This document shows, piece after piece, positions 18,990 to 32,400 of a stretch of 64,000 bases of DNA. This stretch comes from Cyanophora paradoxa CCMP329 (taxonomy: Eukaryota > Plantae > Glaucophyta). How positions within the stretch are numbered: the first letter of the stretch is position 1; every line of letters begins with the position of its first letter. The notes beneath the pieces are model-generated. The model was not told the origin of the DNA. It searched no databases and was given only the letters and a program-made list of their open reading frames with translations. The stretch is from contig QPMI01000435.1 in NCBI GenBank assembly GCA_004431415.1, positions 62,001 through 126,000 on the forward strand, in the 5' to 3' direction. Both the position numbers and the translations under genes were made by a program.

Positions 18990-21900
18990 ATGTCGTTCCT
19001 GAATCCGCGACCAGACGCACGAGTTATTAATTCGACCACTCAGATAGAGGACACTGATCAGGTAAACACTGAAATTCGCGGGTCTCTGAGAATAAATTAC
19101 AATGCAGACCGCGAAGATCCAGTCAGTGGGACACCGAGCAGACCCGCAGCTTTGCAGTTAATGAACGTCGAGAAAGGGGATCATAAACTTGGAATCGACT
19201 TTTTACTTGATGATAACGAACGAAACAGAGTCGCCAGCATTCAGGCAACCCGCCAGCTACCGAAAACGGTGCGATATAATCGCAGGAACATCCCAAAAGC
19301 ATTCGATAGAGGTCGCTTAAACTTCTTCATTCAAGATGAGAGCGGTTTCCAAAATGCAGCTATGAGAATCGTGGATAATAGCACACTTATAGCGGGAGTA
19401 TCCACACGGAAAACAAAGGTAGAGGTCGTCCATGATCTCTCAGCAGGTAATCTTACGACGAGTAACATTACAGCAAGTAACATCACTACGGATACCCTAA
19501 ATGTAAACTCGCTCAACTCCGAGTCGTTTTTCGCCACCAATGTCGCAACCTGTAACCTAAACATCGAATCCTTTGTGATTCAGAAGAGCGAATCGGTTCC
19601 CCAGATAACAGAGGGTGTTTTCACATTAGACCCCGCGAAACCGACCTTAGAAATTGTCGAAAATGGGAACGTTGTCGATATAATTGGCGCCAATGCTCCG
19701 AATGTGAGATCCTTAGCACTTGATAAAACGACTATATCATTTGCAGAAGAAATTCCGGCTTTTACCACAGAGAAACAGGCACTGAGAACAGACCATGTTC
19801 ACATAACCAGAGACAATATAAACGATCTTTTAGGCAAGGACATCGTAAAGGCGTTTTTGGAGTTTGAAAGGAGCAAGAACACCAAAGATTCCAGCCAGGA
19901 TGGAACCCTCACGACCCACACAACCGAAATCGCGGCTTTGCAATCAGAAATTAATGCTCTGTTTGCAGCAGATGGAGCGCTTGCAATTACCTTAGCCCAT
20001 ATTCTGTCGAAAAGGAACATATACCCCGCGACTGACAACACATACCGAGTTGGTTTATCGAATCTGAGATGGTCAGAGTTGCATGGAGTTTCCATGTTTG
20101 CCTCCAATTTAATCCTTCCATTTAATCACTCACTCCGACCCAATCAGATTCTCACCAGTGATAATGCACTGATCAGCTACACTGACTTTAATAGTAACCT
20201 TTCCCGATCAGTTTCGCGAACTGAGACCTACACTGTCGAGGGATACCCTCAGCAGATTGCGAATGGGGTCTTTGTCGCTTATGTAGGCAAACCTACATAT
20301 ACATTCACTTGGGATCAGTTGGGTGTCACAGGTTTCGAGACGACTATACCCACTGTTTCATTGGTGGATCACACTACTTATTATAATCCTATCACTAACA
20401 ATAATGAATCGAATAAAGCATTTATTCAAAATGTCACCTCCACAGGGTTTCAGGTTTCGTTTGTCATTAACGAGACATACAATTTACTTATCATCCGAAA
20501 CAACTTATTGACTTCCGAAGCTACTATTAGTTTCACTCTTAACATCAATTATATCACCCTGAATTCGATAGCAAACCCAGAGTAAAGGTTTACCGAGATT
20601 TACAAGGTAGCAATATCGTGCCCTTCTCACAGAGTTTCGATCTTGGCGCGAACTCTTTAAGGTGGAACACAGTTTATTCTTTGAGTGCAAACACCTGTAA
20701 TATTGTAGTCGCAGGTTCATCGGCTACTATTGGAGATCTGACCGCCCCTTTTAAAAAGGAGTATCTTAAAGAACTGTATATTACAAAGTCTGATTTACCA
20801 GATGCTATTTCGTTGGTGCTCTCCCCGACTCCCAGCATCTCATACCACAATGTGAAAGACACAAGTAATGTAGTGCGGAGTGGAAGCAAAGTATTCCAGG
20901 CATCCGAGATATCAGCAACAACATATAGATATCTTGCAGGGGTTCCAGCGAATTTTAATTTCACATTTGAGACACCATTTGTTTCCCCTCCTACTATTGA
21001 AATAACAGACACGAATTTGTATGTGGTCAATGATGGGTCAGCTACATCACTTCAAAATGCACCAGCCGGCTACTCCCCATTTGTTGCAACTAACATAACA
21101 ACCACCGGCTTCACACTTGTCGGAAATGCAACAGTGACATATGCTCTGTCAGGGTATCCTGTTGGGTTGTATTTTTCGAAATTTAATCTCTCTGTTATCC
21201 CAGCAGTGTCCCTTGCTCCTCCCTTTACTATCAGTTGGAAGGCAACAGGAACTATTCCGCGATTTGACCCCGAAGATCGATTAAAAATAAGGTATCCTCT
21301 CGATGTTACAGACATTCACACTACGAGGATCAATGGGCAGAATTTCGTGTTTAATGGAACCAATGCGACTTTGATCGATAATAGAGTCACAAATAATTAC
21401 TTTTTCGATTCTCGATATATTAATACTTGCAACATTGTCATACAGAAAACGTTTGAGGATCGCAGTAAGACCTTAACAGTCACCTTGCCCACTCACTCGA
21501 ATGTCTCAGATGGATTTTACTATTATCTGTTAAATCGCTATTACACCTCTTATATTCCATATCCTTCTGAGACTGTCAACATGAGCTATCCCAGAGTCAC
21601 CCTAACATCGACCAATGCTGACTTCTTTGGATCCACAGACTTCATGAGAGACTTCTTTTATTTTACATCCTCCACAGATGGTCTCTTAGTTTATTACTCT
21701 TACAAATATGAGTCTATTGCTACCCAAATTGACAGCCACCCAAACACTGATGTGATCACAGCAGGCGATAAGAAATATATAAAAACCGCTTCCCCATGGG
21801 TGTGCACTGTCCGGCTTGATGACAGATACACTCCTAACCTAAATAACATTGGATTGCATTCGACATGCAATATTTATGTGCAAGGTGCGATTTCGGCTAC

Positions 21901-22702
21901 CAAATATTTTGAGGGTGGAAATTGTGATACAGGACATAGGTTGCTATCGCGAAATGGACTCTTTGAGTCATTCAGTGGGACGGCTCTACCGCCTTTTATC
22001 AGGGACACAGTCTATGACACCACATGCAATATTTGGGTGTGTCGATCTGTGAGCAATCCACCTGTGACACAGGAATTATACAAGTATCTCGCAGATACCT
22101 ATGGTGCAATCTCAGGATCCTCCACAGGAAATCCAGCGACGGCTCCCATCGTGTTTGCAAATGCATACACAGCGCCGACCTCATTAGCAGGGTCGACGGA
22201 ACCGCCCCCAGATTCAGATCCTAACTTGCCTCCTGATGAGTCAGACCCACAGACCCCACCTACCACTGATCCTACAACACCTAATAATCCCACAAATCCT
22301 ACTAATCCAGTCGGAGCACCCGGATCGGATCCAGGAAATTTAGTGCTTATCATTCTCTTGCCGATTCTCGGTGCTCTTGGGCTTGTGCTTGCATACAAAT
22401 TCCGAGCTTTGTGTTGTGCATGCATAGACAGAACCATTGCAGGAGCAGGTAATAAATACTCCACACCTGAGCTGAATGTGACCCAAACAGCCGAAGGAGA
22501 TGTGGGCTTAGAGGTGAGGTCAGCCGAGGGGCATGGTCTAAGTGTTGTGAGAACTGATCAACCACCAGCAAGTAGGGCAGCACCCAAAAAATCACGAGCA
22601 CAAGAATTGGCAGAGCAAACGATGAACAATGATAGAGACTTTATGGCGGAAATGGCACAGCGAGAAGGGAGAATATATGAACATGTTCCAAATGTTATGT
22701 AA
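18990..22702 (+). CDS. Large fibre/spike-like virion protein with C-terminal transmembrane helix (ORFs ending 20585 and 22702 joined across a probable frameshift at ~20550)
   Basis: Fibre motifs PATDNTYRVGLSNLRW and PFSQSFDLGANSLRW; recurring TCN(I/L) motifs; P/T/D/N-rich linker; LVLIILLPILGALGLVLAY followed by CCAC. The second frame is open upstream across the junction. Confidence 0.65.
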
Positions 22703-22739
22703 CAACCTTAATTTTTGTAGTATTCCATAATAGAGTATA

Positions 22740-25700
22740 ATGACTGAACCCATAGTAGAAACGACAATAAAGAATGCTGTCTTGGATAATCAATTTTATA
22801 TAACCCATGCCAATATACCCAGTGAATCCAATGACCTGATAGTAGATCTAAAAGGGTATGTGATGGGAGCTATGGCTTCCAATCTGTGGAATGACATTTT
22901 TGGTTACGAGTTTGGTCACATATATGACATAGCAAATGGGATTGGCTATGTGGATGCAATGGCAGGAACAGCCTTTCGAAATCTAAATTGCAACTGTGTG
23001 GGAGGGTGGATGTTTCAGATCTGTTCAAATGTCGATCCTACTATTGATCCAGCTACTGTGACCTTTGATTGCAATCTATTCGCCCTAAAACCATATTCTC
23101 CATCACTTGCAACCTTGTATGTTCAGATGTGCCCATTGTAGCACCTGTAATAGGTGCAAATAATATATATATACGGAAAGAAGCTGTTGTTACTTCAAAT
23201 GTGGTTCAGGGTTGGATCCAAAACCACACACACACGAAGTCCCAAATAACAGACTTCGATCACACTCATTTATGGGAACATATCACAAATCCGCCATTAA
23301 CCTTCCCACCTGCTACACACACTCATGATTATTCCCAGATCACCAACAGCAACCACACTCACACCAAGTCAGAGATCACAGATTTTGCACACAATCACTT
23401 GTGGGAACATATCACAAATCCGCCATTAACCTTCCCACCTGCTACACACACTCATGATTACTCCCAGATCACCAATAGCAACCACACTCACACCAAGTCA
23501 GAGATCACAGATTTCGCCCATCCTCATTTATGGGAGCATATCACAAATCCTCCCTCAACCTTCCCACCAGGAAAACACTCCCATGATTATTCAGAGATTA
23601 CCAATAGCAACCATAGGCACCCATGGAGCGAAATAGACGAACAGCCAGTTTTTGCACAATTGAATGCAATCGGAAACGTTTTTAATGGAGTCACACTTTA
23701 CCAATCGATTAATACACCTGAAAGGCTATTTTTGAATGATCATTATGTTAGTCTGAATGGGTCGTTTACAGGTGAAACAGGCACACCGATGGTGGGAACT
23801 CTTGCAGTAAGATTACCCAGGGATCCAATTGTAAATGGAGTTTATGATGGCGATTTTAATGTAGGAGTAAATGATACTTTCCCCAGTATCTATGTCACGA
23901 ATTATCACCCGGGTGAAACAGGACAAGTAGAGAATTTCTCGGCAGCAATACAAGTAAATGTAACAGATCAAAGTGCATATGATGGAGCAAGACCTAAAAT
24001 AGTTTTCACAAGGGAGAAAGTTGTTAACTATCTTCCCGTTGCAGGACAACCCACAGATGATCACGGTAAATGTGAGATGGCGTGGATAAAAACGACATCA
24101 GGTGGCGCCTTAGAAGTCAATCAAAGAATGGCGGCAAAAAACTTACACAATACCACCCTTTCGGGTGTGGTTACAGATGATTACCTTACCAATAAAGGAT
24201 ATCTTACGACCGCGGATTTAAGCAGTTATGCAACCGATGCAGAATTAGCGGCGGCACTTGCGAATTATCTACCTCTCACAGGTGGAACTGTAACAGGAAC
24301 TGTGAATGCTACCACTTTACAAATTGGTGGAACCACAATACCAAAAGGTTACGATTTTGACCAATTAGATGTGGTTTCGACAGATAGAAGCGCAAATAAT
24401 TGGAATTTAGGGTGGACACCAAGAACAGGTCAAGCAGGATGTTACACAACACCACAAAATGATGAAGATTGCAGTGCTTGTTGGATGAGGTGGAATGTCC
24501 CCACAGGAATGAAAACGTTTTATATTCAAACCATGTGTTGGTCTAATTGTAGATATTTTGACATCTATGGTCAAACAGCCAATGGTAATCAACATTTCCT
24601 TCGGCGTTTAAATGTTTATCAAGGTATTCAAGCATCAGTACATGATGGAACACAATCCAGTATACTTTTCATCTCTATAAATTGTGAGTTTTACACAAAA
24701 ATATATGTTCAAGGTCGAAAAGGTAGAATCCATCTTACAGGTGTTTTTGGGTGGAGTAGACAGAGGGCAACAGATAATGAGATTGGGATGATCTCTTGGG
24801 ATAATATATTTAGTAAACCATCATTTTACTCAGCCGCAGACCTTCCAGCAACAGCAAAATGGACAACTAACACATGGTTAAAATCAACAGACAATATAGA
24901 AAGATTTTGGTTTGGTAATAATGATTGTACATATATACGAGGGAGAACAAATGGAGATAATGCGTGTGTTGTATTCAGAAACTCAGCAGATGCTACAATT
25001 TTACAATCATATGAAAACGGCAACCTTGCGATTACTAATACTGTGTCAGCTCCAACCATAAGTGGAACGATTATTAATGGGGGTTCAATTAATGCGACTA
25101 CAAATTATAAATTTGGCGACAAAACAATGCCCCGATGTGTAGAATATGACGCAATTGTTGCAGGAAATTCGCCACATGGTTATGCAGGAGGTTGGGGTTT
25201 TGAAGGTGGAACAGCATGGGAACCCTACTATAATTACGGTGGGTATGCTTCCAATAATGAGAGTGGCGACACTGTTGTTAACGGCTCATGGATTGATTAC
25301 ACAATACCCACTGATTTATATACGGGAACAGCCCACTTAACATATCTCCCTTGGGTAAATTGTCGTTACTTTGAGATTTGGGGAATCAATAGACAAGGTA
25401 ATGCGGTTTTCATTGCAAGAGTGAATAGTTATCATCAATATGAAAGCGCACCAGATGGAAACCACAATGGTTTACAAAATGTCCCTATTATGTTGGGAAA
25501 TCGCTTTACTCGCCTTCGTATTATTCCAAAGGTAGGAAGAGTTCACATTATGGGCATTGGATTTACTCGCACTTGGACAGGAAGTAGTTATGGTGGTCAC
25601 ACAGGTTATGTTTCTTGGGATAACATTTATAGTAAACCAAATCTACTAACTCCAAGTTTAGTGGGAAACATTATAGGTTTTGATACTTGGAGTGGAACAG

Positions 25701-26647
25701 GTAGTGGTGGTCTATCATTCAGTGGTTCTTGGGGAACAGGTTGGACAGCTTCTGTTTCTAATCCTGTGGATGGATTTTATAGTATTGTTGAAGGTGATTC
25801 AACAAGTGGAGATTGGGCGCAAATTGAAGTCCCCGCAAATATGCAAACATGTCACGTTCAATATTTGTGTTGGACGAATTGTAGATATTTTGATATTGGA
25901 GGTTATCGATCGGGTAGATGGTTCCACATTATGCGTGTAAATACTTACCAGGCTATCTCAAATTATGCATCCGCAGATTATCACGATGGATTGGCGTGGG
26001 CTTCTTTTGCTTGTGATTATTTCACACATGTTAGATTTGTTGCAAGGAAAGGGCGATGTTATATTGGAATGGTTGGATGGACGAAAGAAAAAGGGAGAAC
26101 CTCACCAGCAAATGGTATGATCAGTTGGGATAATGTTTATAGTAAAGATGCTCGCACAACTTGGGCAACCGGAACTTGGATAACATCAGATGATAATTAT
26201 GGGAGAGTTTATTTTGGTTCATCATCAACTACATACATTAAAGGTTATGGTTACGAAATGATCCATTTTAGAAATGGAAACGATATAACAATGCAAGCTT
26301 TTTATAATGATGGTAACGCTTACTTTTGGGGATGGCTTACACAAGGAAGCGACCGTAGATATAAAACCGACATTAAAAATATAACCGGCGCCCTTTCAGC
26401 AATCGAACAATTACAGGGTGTGAGTTATAAAAAGATTGGTGATGAAAAACAAAAAGTTAATGTAGGTTTGATTGCGCAAGATGTCCAAAAAGTCATACCA
26501 GAAGTAGTAGGTAAAAATCACGAAAACTATTTAACCCTTGCATACACAGGTTTAATTCCAGTTCTCATAGAAGCTGTAAAGGAATTATCCCAGAAATGCA
26601 AGAGTCTACAAGATCAAATAGACCAATGGCGCAGCCAGGCTGCTTAA
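22740..26647 (+). CDS. Tail-fibre-like protein with HxH repeats, three repeated ~140-aa domains and a C-terminal peptidase S74 intramolecular chaperone (probable frameshift at ~23085)
   Basis: HTHTKSEITDF repeats; three copies of W.NCRYF.I.G...R.N.Y...H.G...GR...G..SWDN.(F/Y)SK; SDRRYKTDIKNI...GLIAQDVQKVIPEVV...YTGLIPVLIEAVKEL. Confidence 0.85.
23224..23630 (+). repeat. Three 129-bp (43-aa) His-rich coding repeats
   Basis: Read directly. Confidence 0.85.
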
Positions 26648-26678
26648 CTGCCGTAATAAAAATGTCACAGTATAATAA

Positions 26679-26984
26679 ATGGCGACCTATCCACTTGGTG
26701 GAACCACCTATTCTACTGAGCCTGTCGCTCTTGCATTCGATACTATCAAACTTGTAGCCGCACTACAAACTGTCGAAAAAACGATACAGCAAACCAACAA
26801 ACTGTCACCGGTTGTTCATGAATATAAAAACCTTTTGGTTAATGTCCTTGCGCAATCGGCGTATGGTGATCCCGTAGCACGTTACGGCGAATGTGATTCT
26901 AACCTAAAAGCGATGACATCAAACATCCAATGTCTAACAACCGCTTACCAATCTCTTGGATCGAATCTTATCACATTGGCTTAA
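26679..26984 (+). CDS. Hypothetical viral protein
   Basis: 101-aa ORF with TATAATAA directly before the ATG; last gene before the TIR. Confidence 0.6.
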   Translation: MATYPLGGTTYSTEPVALAFDTIKLVAALQTVEKTIQQTNKLSPVVHEYKNLLVNVLAQSAYGDPVARYGECDSNLKAMTSNIQCLTTAYQSLGSNLITLA

Positions 26985-27023
26985 CGGTTTATTTTTATTT
27001 TTCATAGATCATGCATAAGAAAG

Positions 27024-27584
27024 GCATGTATCTTGCATAGTGGGCGGGGCGCGAGTTTATTTTAACGTGGTCTATCGTCGTACTTTGTCGGTGGGGCTTA
27101 CCTTGATCTCGCAAGTTTGTGCAGGTGGGCATTTCCGCATGCTTGCTCATGCACAAACTTGCTTTCGTTATTTTTCATTGCTTCCGATAAATCAATTAAT
27201 CGTGGTCTATCGTCGTACTTTGTCGATTATCGTTCTCTATCGGTGGGGTTCACCTTGATTTTTCAATTTGGGTAACTGAAAACAGTTTGGAAACGATCGG
27301 GAACATTTCGTAAAAATAGGGGTCTTACTGTCCTTACTGAGAAATCGAGAGAGGGTTTTAGGGCTTACTGAAAATGGTAAGGGATTAGAGAGAAGATTAT
27401 GTGTAGGTTTTTGTGATTGGTTTCAGTAAGGAGAGGTTAGATGTTTGAAAAATACAGTGCTAATTTATAATTTGTTACTGAGCCTTACTGAGAAATTTGA
27501 AAATGGATAATGGGCTTACTGAGAATGGTAGTGGGGAAGGAAAGAAGAGGGCGCGCAATTGGTGGGGTCTACCTGCAAGCGAGC
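27024..27584. repeat. Right TIR of PLV-B
   Basis: Reverse complement of 4679-5239. Confidence 0.95.
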
Positions 27585-27590
27585 TGGGCC
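27585..27590. repeat. Right target-site duplication TGGGCC
   Basis: Matches 4673-4678. Confidence 0.95.
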
Positions 27591-29439
27591 CCCTCATTTC
27601 AGTCCGACGGTCTGGCCGGCCGGGCAGGCGCAGCGCCGAGGGACTGGCGGAGCGCCTTCTGCGATGACCGGCCGCGGCAGGCCGCCGGCGCCGGGGGCCC
27701 CGGGTTCGCAGACCGGGAGGAGGAGGAGGAGGAGGAGGAGGGCGCCGCGGCCGGGCCAGACTGGCAGCTCTTCCTCGCCCGCGCGGGCGGGATCGAGGTC
27801 TAATTTCTTCCCACTGACGACCTCAATTGCAACCGCATGCAATGCGGCGGAAACGCTAGCGCTAGGTATGCATATGCGTGTACTTGTACATGTACATGTA
27901 CAGATATTCCTCGTTCGAGCCTCGACCAGGATTTGTATTAATACAAGCAGGGGGGCAAGCCCCCCCGCACCCCCCCATTTAATAATTCCAGCTGCAGTCT
28001 CTGTCTGTGCGTGAAATTAAACATGCATGAATTTGAAACGCGATACATACCCGTACGTGTACGGGGGTTTCGCCCCATCGCAGTATCTCAGAAAAAATGC
28101 CAGATCTAGACTTCGAATTCAGGGCACTGCGGTCTTTCTTTGTCTTCAAATTTAAATAGCCTCGCTACTTCGAATTCATCATTAATAGGCGGGCGCCTCG
28201 AGCCTTAAGCTTCGAAATATTCGCTGCTTCCGCTAGCTATAGCCGAGCGCTGCGTTGGCTTCGCCTGCTGATGTGCTCCTTCAAGACAAGCGCCTATGCT
28301 AGCGGCTAGCCACGTACGTGTGTACAGACGCTATCTATGCAGCAGGAGCAGTGCGTACACGGTCACCGGGTTGCTGAGCGCAACGTTCATGACAGCTGCA
28401 GCTGCGCTTCTAGATCTGCAGCCTGCCAGGCTGCGCATGTCGTATACGTAGTGCGGGCTGTAGCTGCGTTAACCTAAGCTTTTTAAGCCTGCTTATAAAG
28501 CCTACATTAGCAGTATACGTACTAGTCCAGCGCTAGCTGCATGCAGACTGCAGTCACGGTGTGTTTCCGTTACTTTCCGTTACTAGTATCCGCCATTTTC
28601 CGTTACTTTCAAAAAAGTTCCGTTATCCGCGGATAAGCCATGGCGCGCGGCCACCACGTAGTTTCCGTTTGCAAACGATGTCAAACTTGAAAATCTAGCG
28701 TTTTGAGGAACGACGTCATTTGGGGTAACTACGTTCGTCGATCGATATCCACGTACGCCGCGGCCCGCGGGACGAGTCGACGTCGACGTCGACATTAACT
28801 TAGTAAATCTAGATCTAGCGTTTTGGGGAGATTCGAATTCGCGCGAGTCGCGACTCGCGAGTCGCGACCTCGACTCGCCGACGAGTCGCCGTGGTCTAGC
28901 TGTCACACAGTGTGGTCCGCCGCCCGCGGCCGATTCGAACTTAGTATGCCACCGTTTTTTTTTTGGAAAGCCTGTTGCATTCGTACACACTTGACAACAG
29001 TCCCCCGCTCCTCGCCTACCGGATACTGGGATGCTGACTGCAGGAGGAGATAGATGACAAGAGTGCTACAGCTAGTAGTCGTGTCGAGCTGGTGCTTGAG
29101 CTGTAGTCTACCGAGTCGCCTCCAGAACATAATATGCGCCGGTCCTCTAGCAGTGAGCGCGGCATTATGAGCTGCACGGTCCTAGATGCCCGCTTGCTGT
29201 CTCGTAGAAATTGGCCGTGGTGCGCTGTGTCCTATCTAATAATGGGGGAGATGCGGTAGGGGAAGAGGGTCCGCGGTGTCGTCGCGCCCGTCGTCGTCGC
29301 CGCCGTTCGAAGTCCAGCTCCGACCAGTAGGACGAGGCGCCGCGCTCCGAGACCTGCGCCACCCCCCCCCCCCCCCCCCCCCCCCCCCTCCCCCCACCCC
29401 TTCCCTCCCCCCCCCCCCCCCTCCCCCCGGACCTCCTCG

Positions 29440-32400
29440 CTAGCCCCTGTATTTCAGGATGTCGTGCCCCGAGGGGTCGACATGAAGGAAGTGATATGTA
29501 GCTGACAGGCGCAGTGATGAGCTGAGTAGTTGGCGGGCGTATCTGGAGGGGCAGAGCAGATGTGGGAGACGGGCCGGGCCTGTGGGGGTGATCGCGCCAT
29601 GGTGGATGCGGCGGCAGCCGCACGTTGCGCACATGTCTGGGAGGTATTGGAGTATGCTGCCGGGCTTTCGAGGTTTGCGCGGCTTCGGGGAAGGCGTCGG
29701 CAGTGGCGTCGGCGGCAGCGGCGGCGGCCGGGGCAGCGGGGGCAGCTCTTCCAGTCGGGCTGGCTGTCGGCGTCGGAGTTTTTTCCGGGGTTCCGAGGTT
29801 GTCTGGCCCGCGGGGGCGCGCATGCTAGGCGGCCGCACCGTAGCTTCTGCCATCGGTTTCCATTCGCCTGGGGCAAAGAATTTAAAGATGGAGCCCTCAG
29901 GGAGCCCTGGAATGGGGTCCGGTGGAGAGGCTGAGGCGTCACGCTTGCCGCGTTTCTGTCCTGGAGGCTTCCGAGGGGCCGGGGCGTGTTTGCGTTTGCT
30001 GCTCAGCGGCTCTGATGGTGTTATCTCTGGGCGACGCTTGGCGCTGGGGGCCGGGGCTGCATCGTCATCCTCCACCGTACGTTTGGAGCCAACGGGTGGG
30101 GGCTTACTGGTGGGCGGTGGCGGGTGCTGCGGGGCCCCGTGCTCGTCTCTGAAGCGTTTAGCTGATGTCGGGGGTGCTGCGGGCGTGGCCGCAGGCCGTT
30201 TCACTACGCGGGCGGGGGGCTGCGGGGGGTATAGAAGGGGTAGTTCCAAGTCGTTCGTCGAGGACGTGGGCTGGGAGGGGCGAGGATTGCGGACTAGGTG
30301 GAATCCGACTCCCGCTGCGCTGTCGATGCAGAGACCTGTAGCGAGGTGGCGGAGGCACAGTCGGGCGGAGGCAAAGCTTGCCCCGCAGGTGTCGCAGCGA
30401 GGGCGTCGCGCTTCGAGTTCGCGGAGGCGGGCGCTACGTCGGGGGGGCTGGCTGTCCTGATGCTGAGCTGGGTGCTGACCGGGTTCCTCTTCCAGCTTCT
30501 TCCAGGTGAACGCCGCCAGCTCGGCCGCCAGGGCAGGAGCTGCCCCGCCGAGGTACTCCGTGATCGTGACTTGTTGGCGTTCGAGCGAGGGGCACCGGGT
30601 AGTCGGGGTAAGAGGAATTGGAGCCGGGGCTGGAGTAGGGACCTGAGCCATCATCGAGGCCTTGGTCCGCTTGGTGCGTTTTTTTCCCGGCGTGATGCCG
30701 TGTTCCTGTTCCCAGGCTATGACTGCGTCGCAGCGGGTTTTCCAGATGCTCCGTGCATGCTCGTCCGCTAGTTGCACCAAGCCGTTCACTGCTTGCTTCG
30801 AGGTCGTGGCTAGAGCTCGAACTCCGAATGCTCGGAGTAGGACGTGAATTCCTTGCGGGGCGACAAGCTGGAAGAGAGCTCGAAATTCGAATTGGTGAAG
30901 GAGGTCAGCTGCTTCGAGAATAGCTAGTTTTTGGCCCAGTGGGCAATCCGGAGCGAATTCGAGCGGAGGGCTGGACATGCCGGGGTCTAGTAGGAAGGGG
31001 AACAGCGCGTCCCAGGAGCTGCGAAGTCCCGTCGGCTTGTGTTTCATTACATGTTTAAGGACGTGCTCGCGGGCGGCTAGGCGGAAGACGTTGACGGCAG
31101 TAGCGGCAGCAGGGCATACCCAGATGTGATCGAAGTCTTCCTCTGCGAGGCGGCAGCGGGGGCAAATTGGTCCCTCGGGGCAGATTGCTGCATAGATGTC
31201 CGGGCGCGTGCGAGCACGGACTCGCAGCGTGGCCAAAGATGCAGTCAGCAGTTTTGAGCGCGTCGCGCGAAGCTGAACCCCGGCTTGGGTCTTGCGGCGT
31301 CCATCTTTGCGGTGTGCGGACATGAGGGAGAGAGCGGCGTCGAGTTGGCCGCCAGTGAAGCGCAGGAGTCTACCAGCTTCGAGTTGACAGCTCCACTGAA
31401 TGAAGTCCACGAGCTGGGCTTCCTCGTCCATGTGTTTGCGCGGGTCTCCGTTCACGCGGTACGCCAAGAGGTGGCCGGCGTATCTCTCTGTGCCGGTCGG
31501 CAGCTCCGCAGAGCCAGACTTAAGCTTGGTGCCATAGCGGATAAGCGGGGTAGTAGACCCGCATCCTGCGGGAAGGTATAGGAGGGCAGGGCAGGGCCCA
31601 TCATTGCAGCTTTTCGCGAGGCGATCGGCCTGGTCGTTGTAGCAGTCGTACGCTGGATTGGGTACCAGTTCCACTCCCGGCGCCCGGCGGGCTCGTGCAC
31701 GGTTTTTCTTGGTCGGGTCAAGGGCAGAGGCCGGTGGGGGCGGTTTTGAGTTCTCTTCGGCGAGGGTAGCAACCTCAGCGGCACGGAGCGATGTCGGGCG
31801 GGTAAGGTTAGAGAGAATTTCGGCGCGAGGCAGATGCAGCCTCCGTTCTCTTTGTAGTTTTCCTACAACCTGGGCGAAGGCAGCTTCGTCTGATTTTGGC
31901 GGGGGGTCTGCTGCCGGGTCTGGTAATGTGATGAGCGTTTGCGAGGGAGGGCGGGAGTGAGCCGCGAGGGAGTCATCTTCGCTGTCGCTCGCCTGCGATT
32001 TGCCCTCAGGTGTGAAGCGGGTCTCGCCGTCGTCACCGATTTCAGAGTCAGGTGGCGTCGGCAGCGTGCCACCGCGGTGCGAGGTTCGCCGGCGCCGACT
32101 GCCGAGCGTTGGAACAAAGGCTGTTTCTGGAGTCGCAAACGCGAGCTGATCCGGGGGAAAGGGTTCGGGGCCTATTTCAGTGGTGCCGAGGTAAAGGGCA
32201 AGTACAATGAAATGGGTGTAGGTCCGTAGTCGTTCCGGGAAGTCCCGAATGAGTGTGCTGAGGCGCTGCGTCGACGGGTCTCCAGAGAGGACGTAGGCTG
32301 TCATGAGAAGAAGTATCCCGCAGGAGGAGCGGTCGATCTGAATGGGTCCGTCGCAGGCATCTGTCGAGAAGGATGTCCATAGAGGCGGGGCGAAGGGTTC

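Larger units (their letters stand above)
4679..27584. mobile_element. Endogenous Polinton-like virus / Maverick-type element (PLV-B), 22,906 bp, with both termini intact
   Basis: 561-bp TIRs, 6-bp TSD, rve integrase, pPolB, A32 ATPase, capsid proteins and fibres; lower GC than the flanks. Confidence 0.95.

Noticed and set aside
4679-27584. Bacterial prophage or contaminant
   Set aside because: A32 ATPase, jelly-roll capsid proteins, rve integrase, TIRs and a TSD within intron-containing eukaryotic DNA indicate a Polinton-like virus.
28955-28964. Poly(A) tail of the retrotransposon
   Set aside because: Only 10 nt and no TSD can be tested because the 5' end is outside the window; left unassigned.
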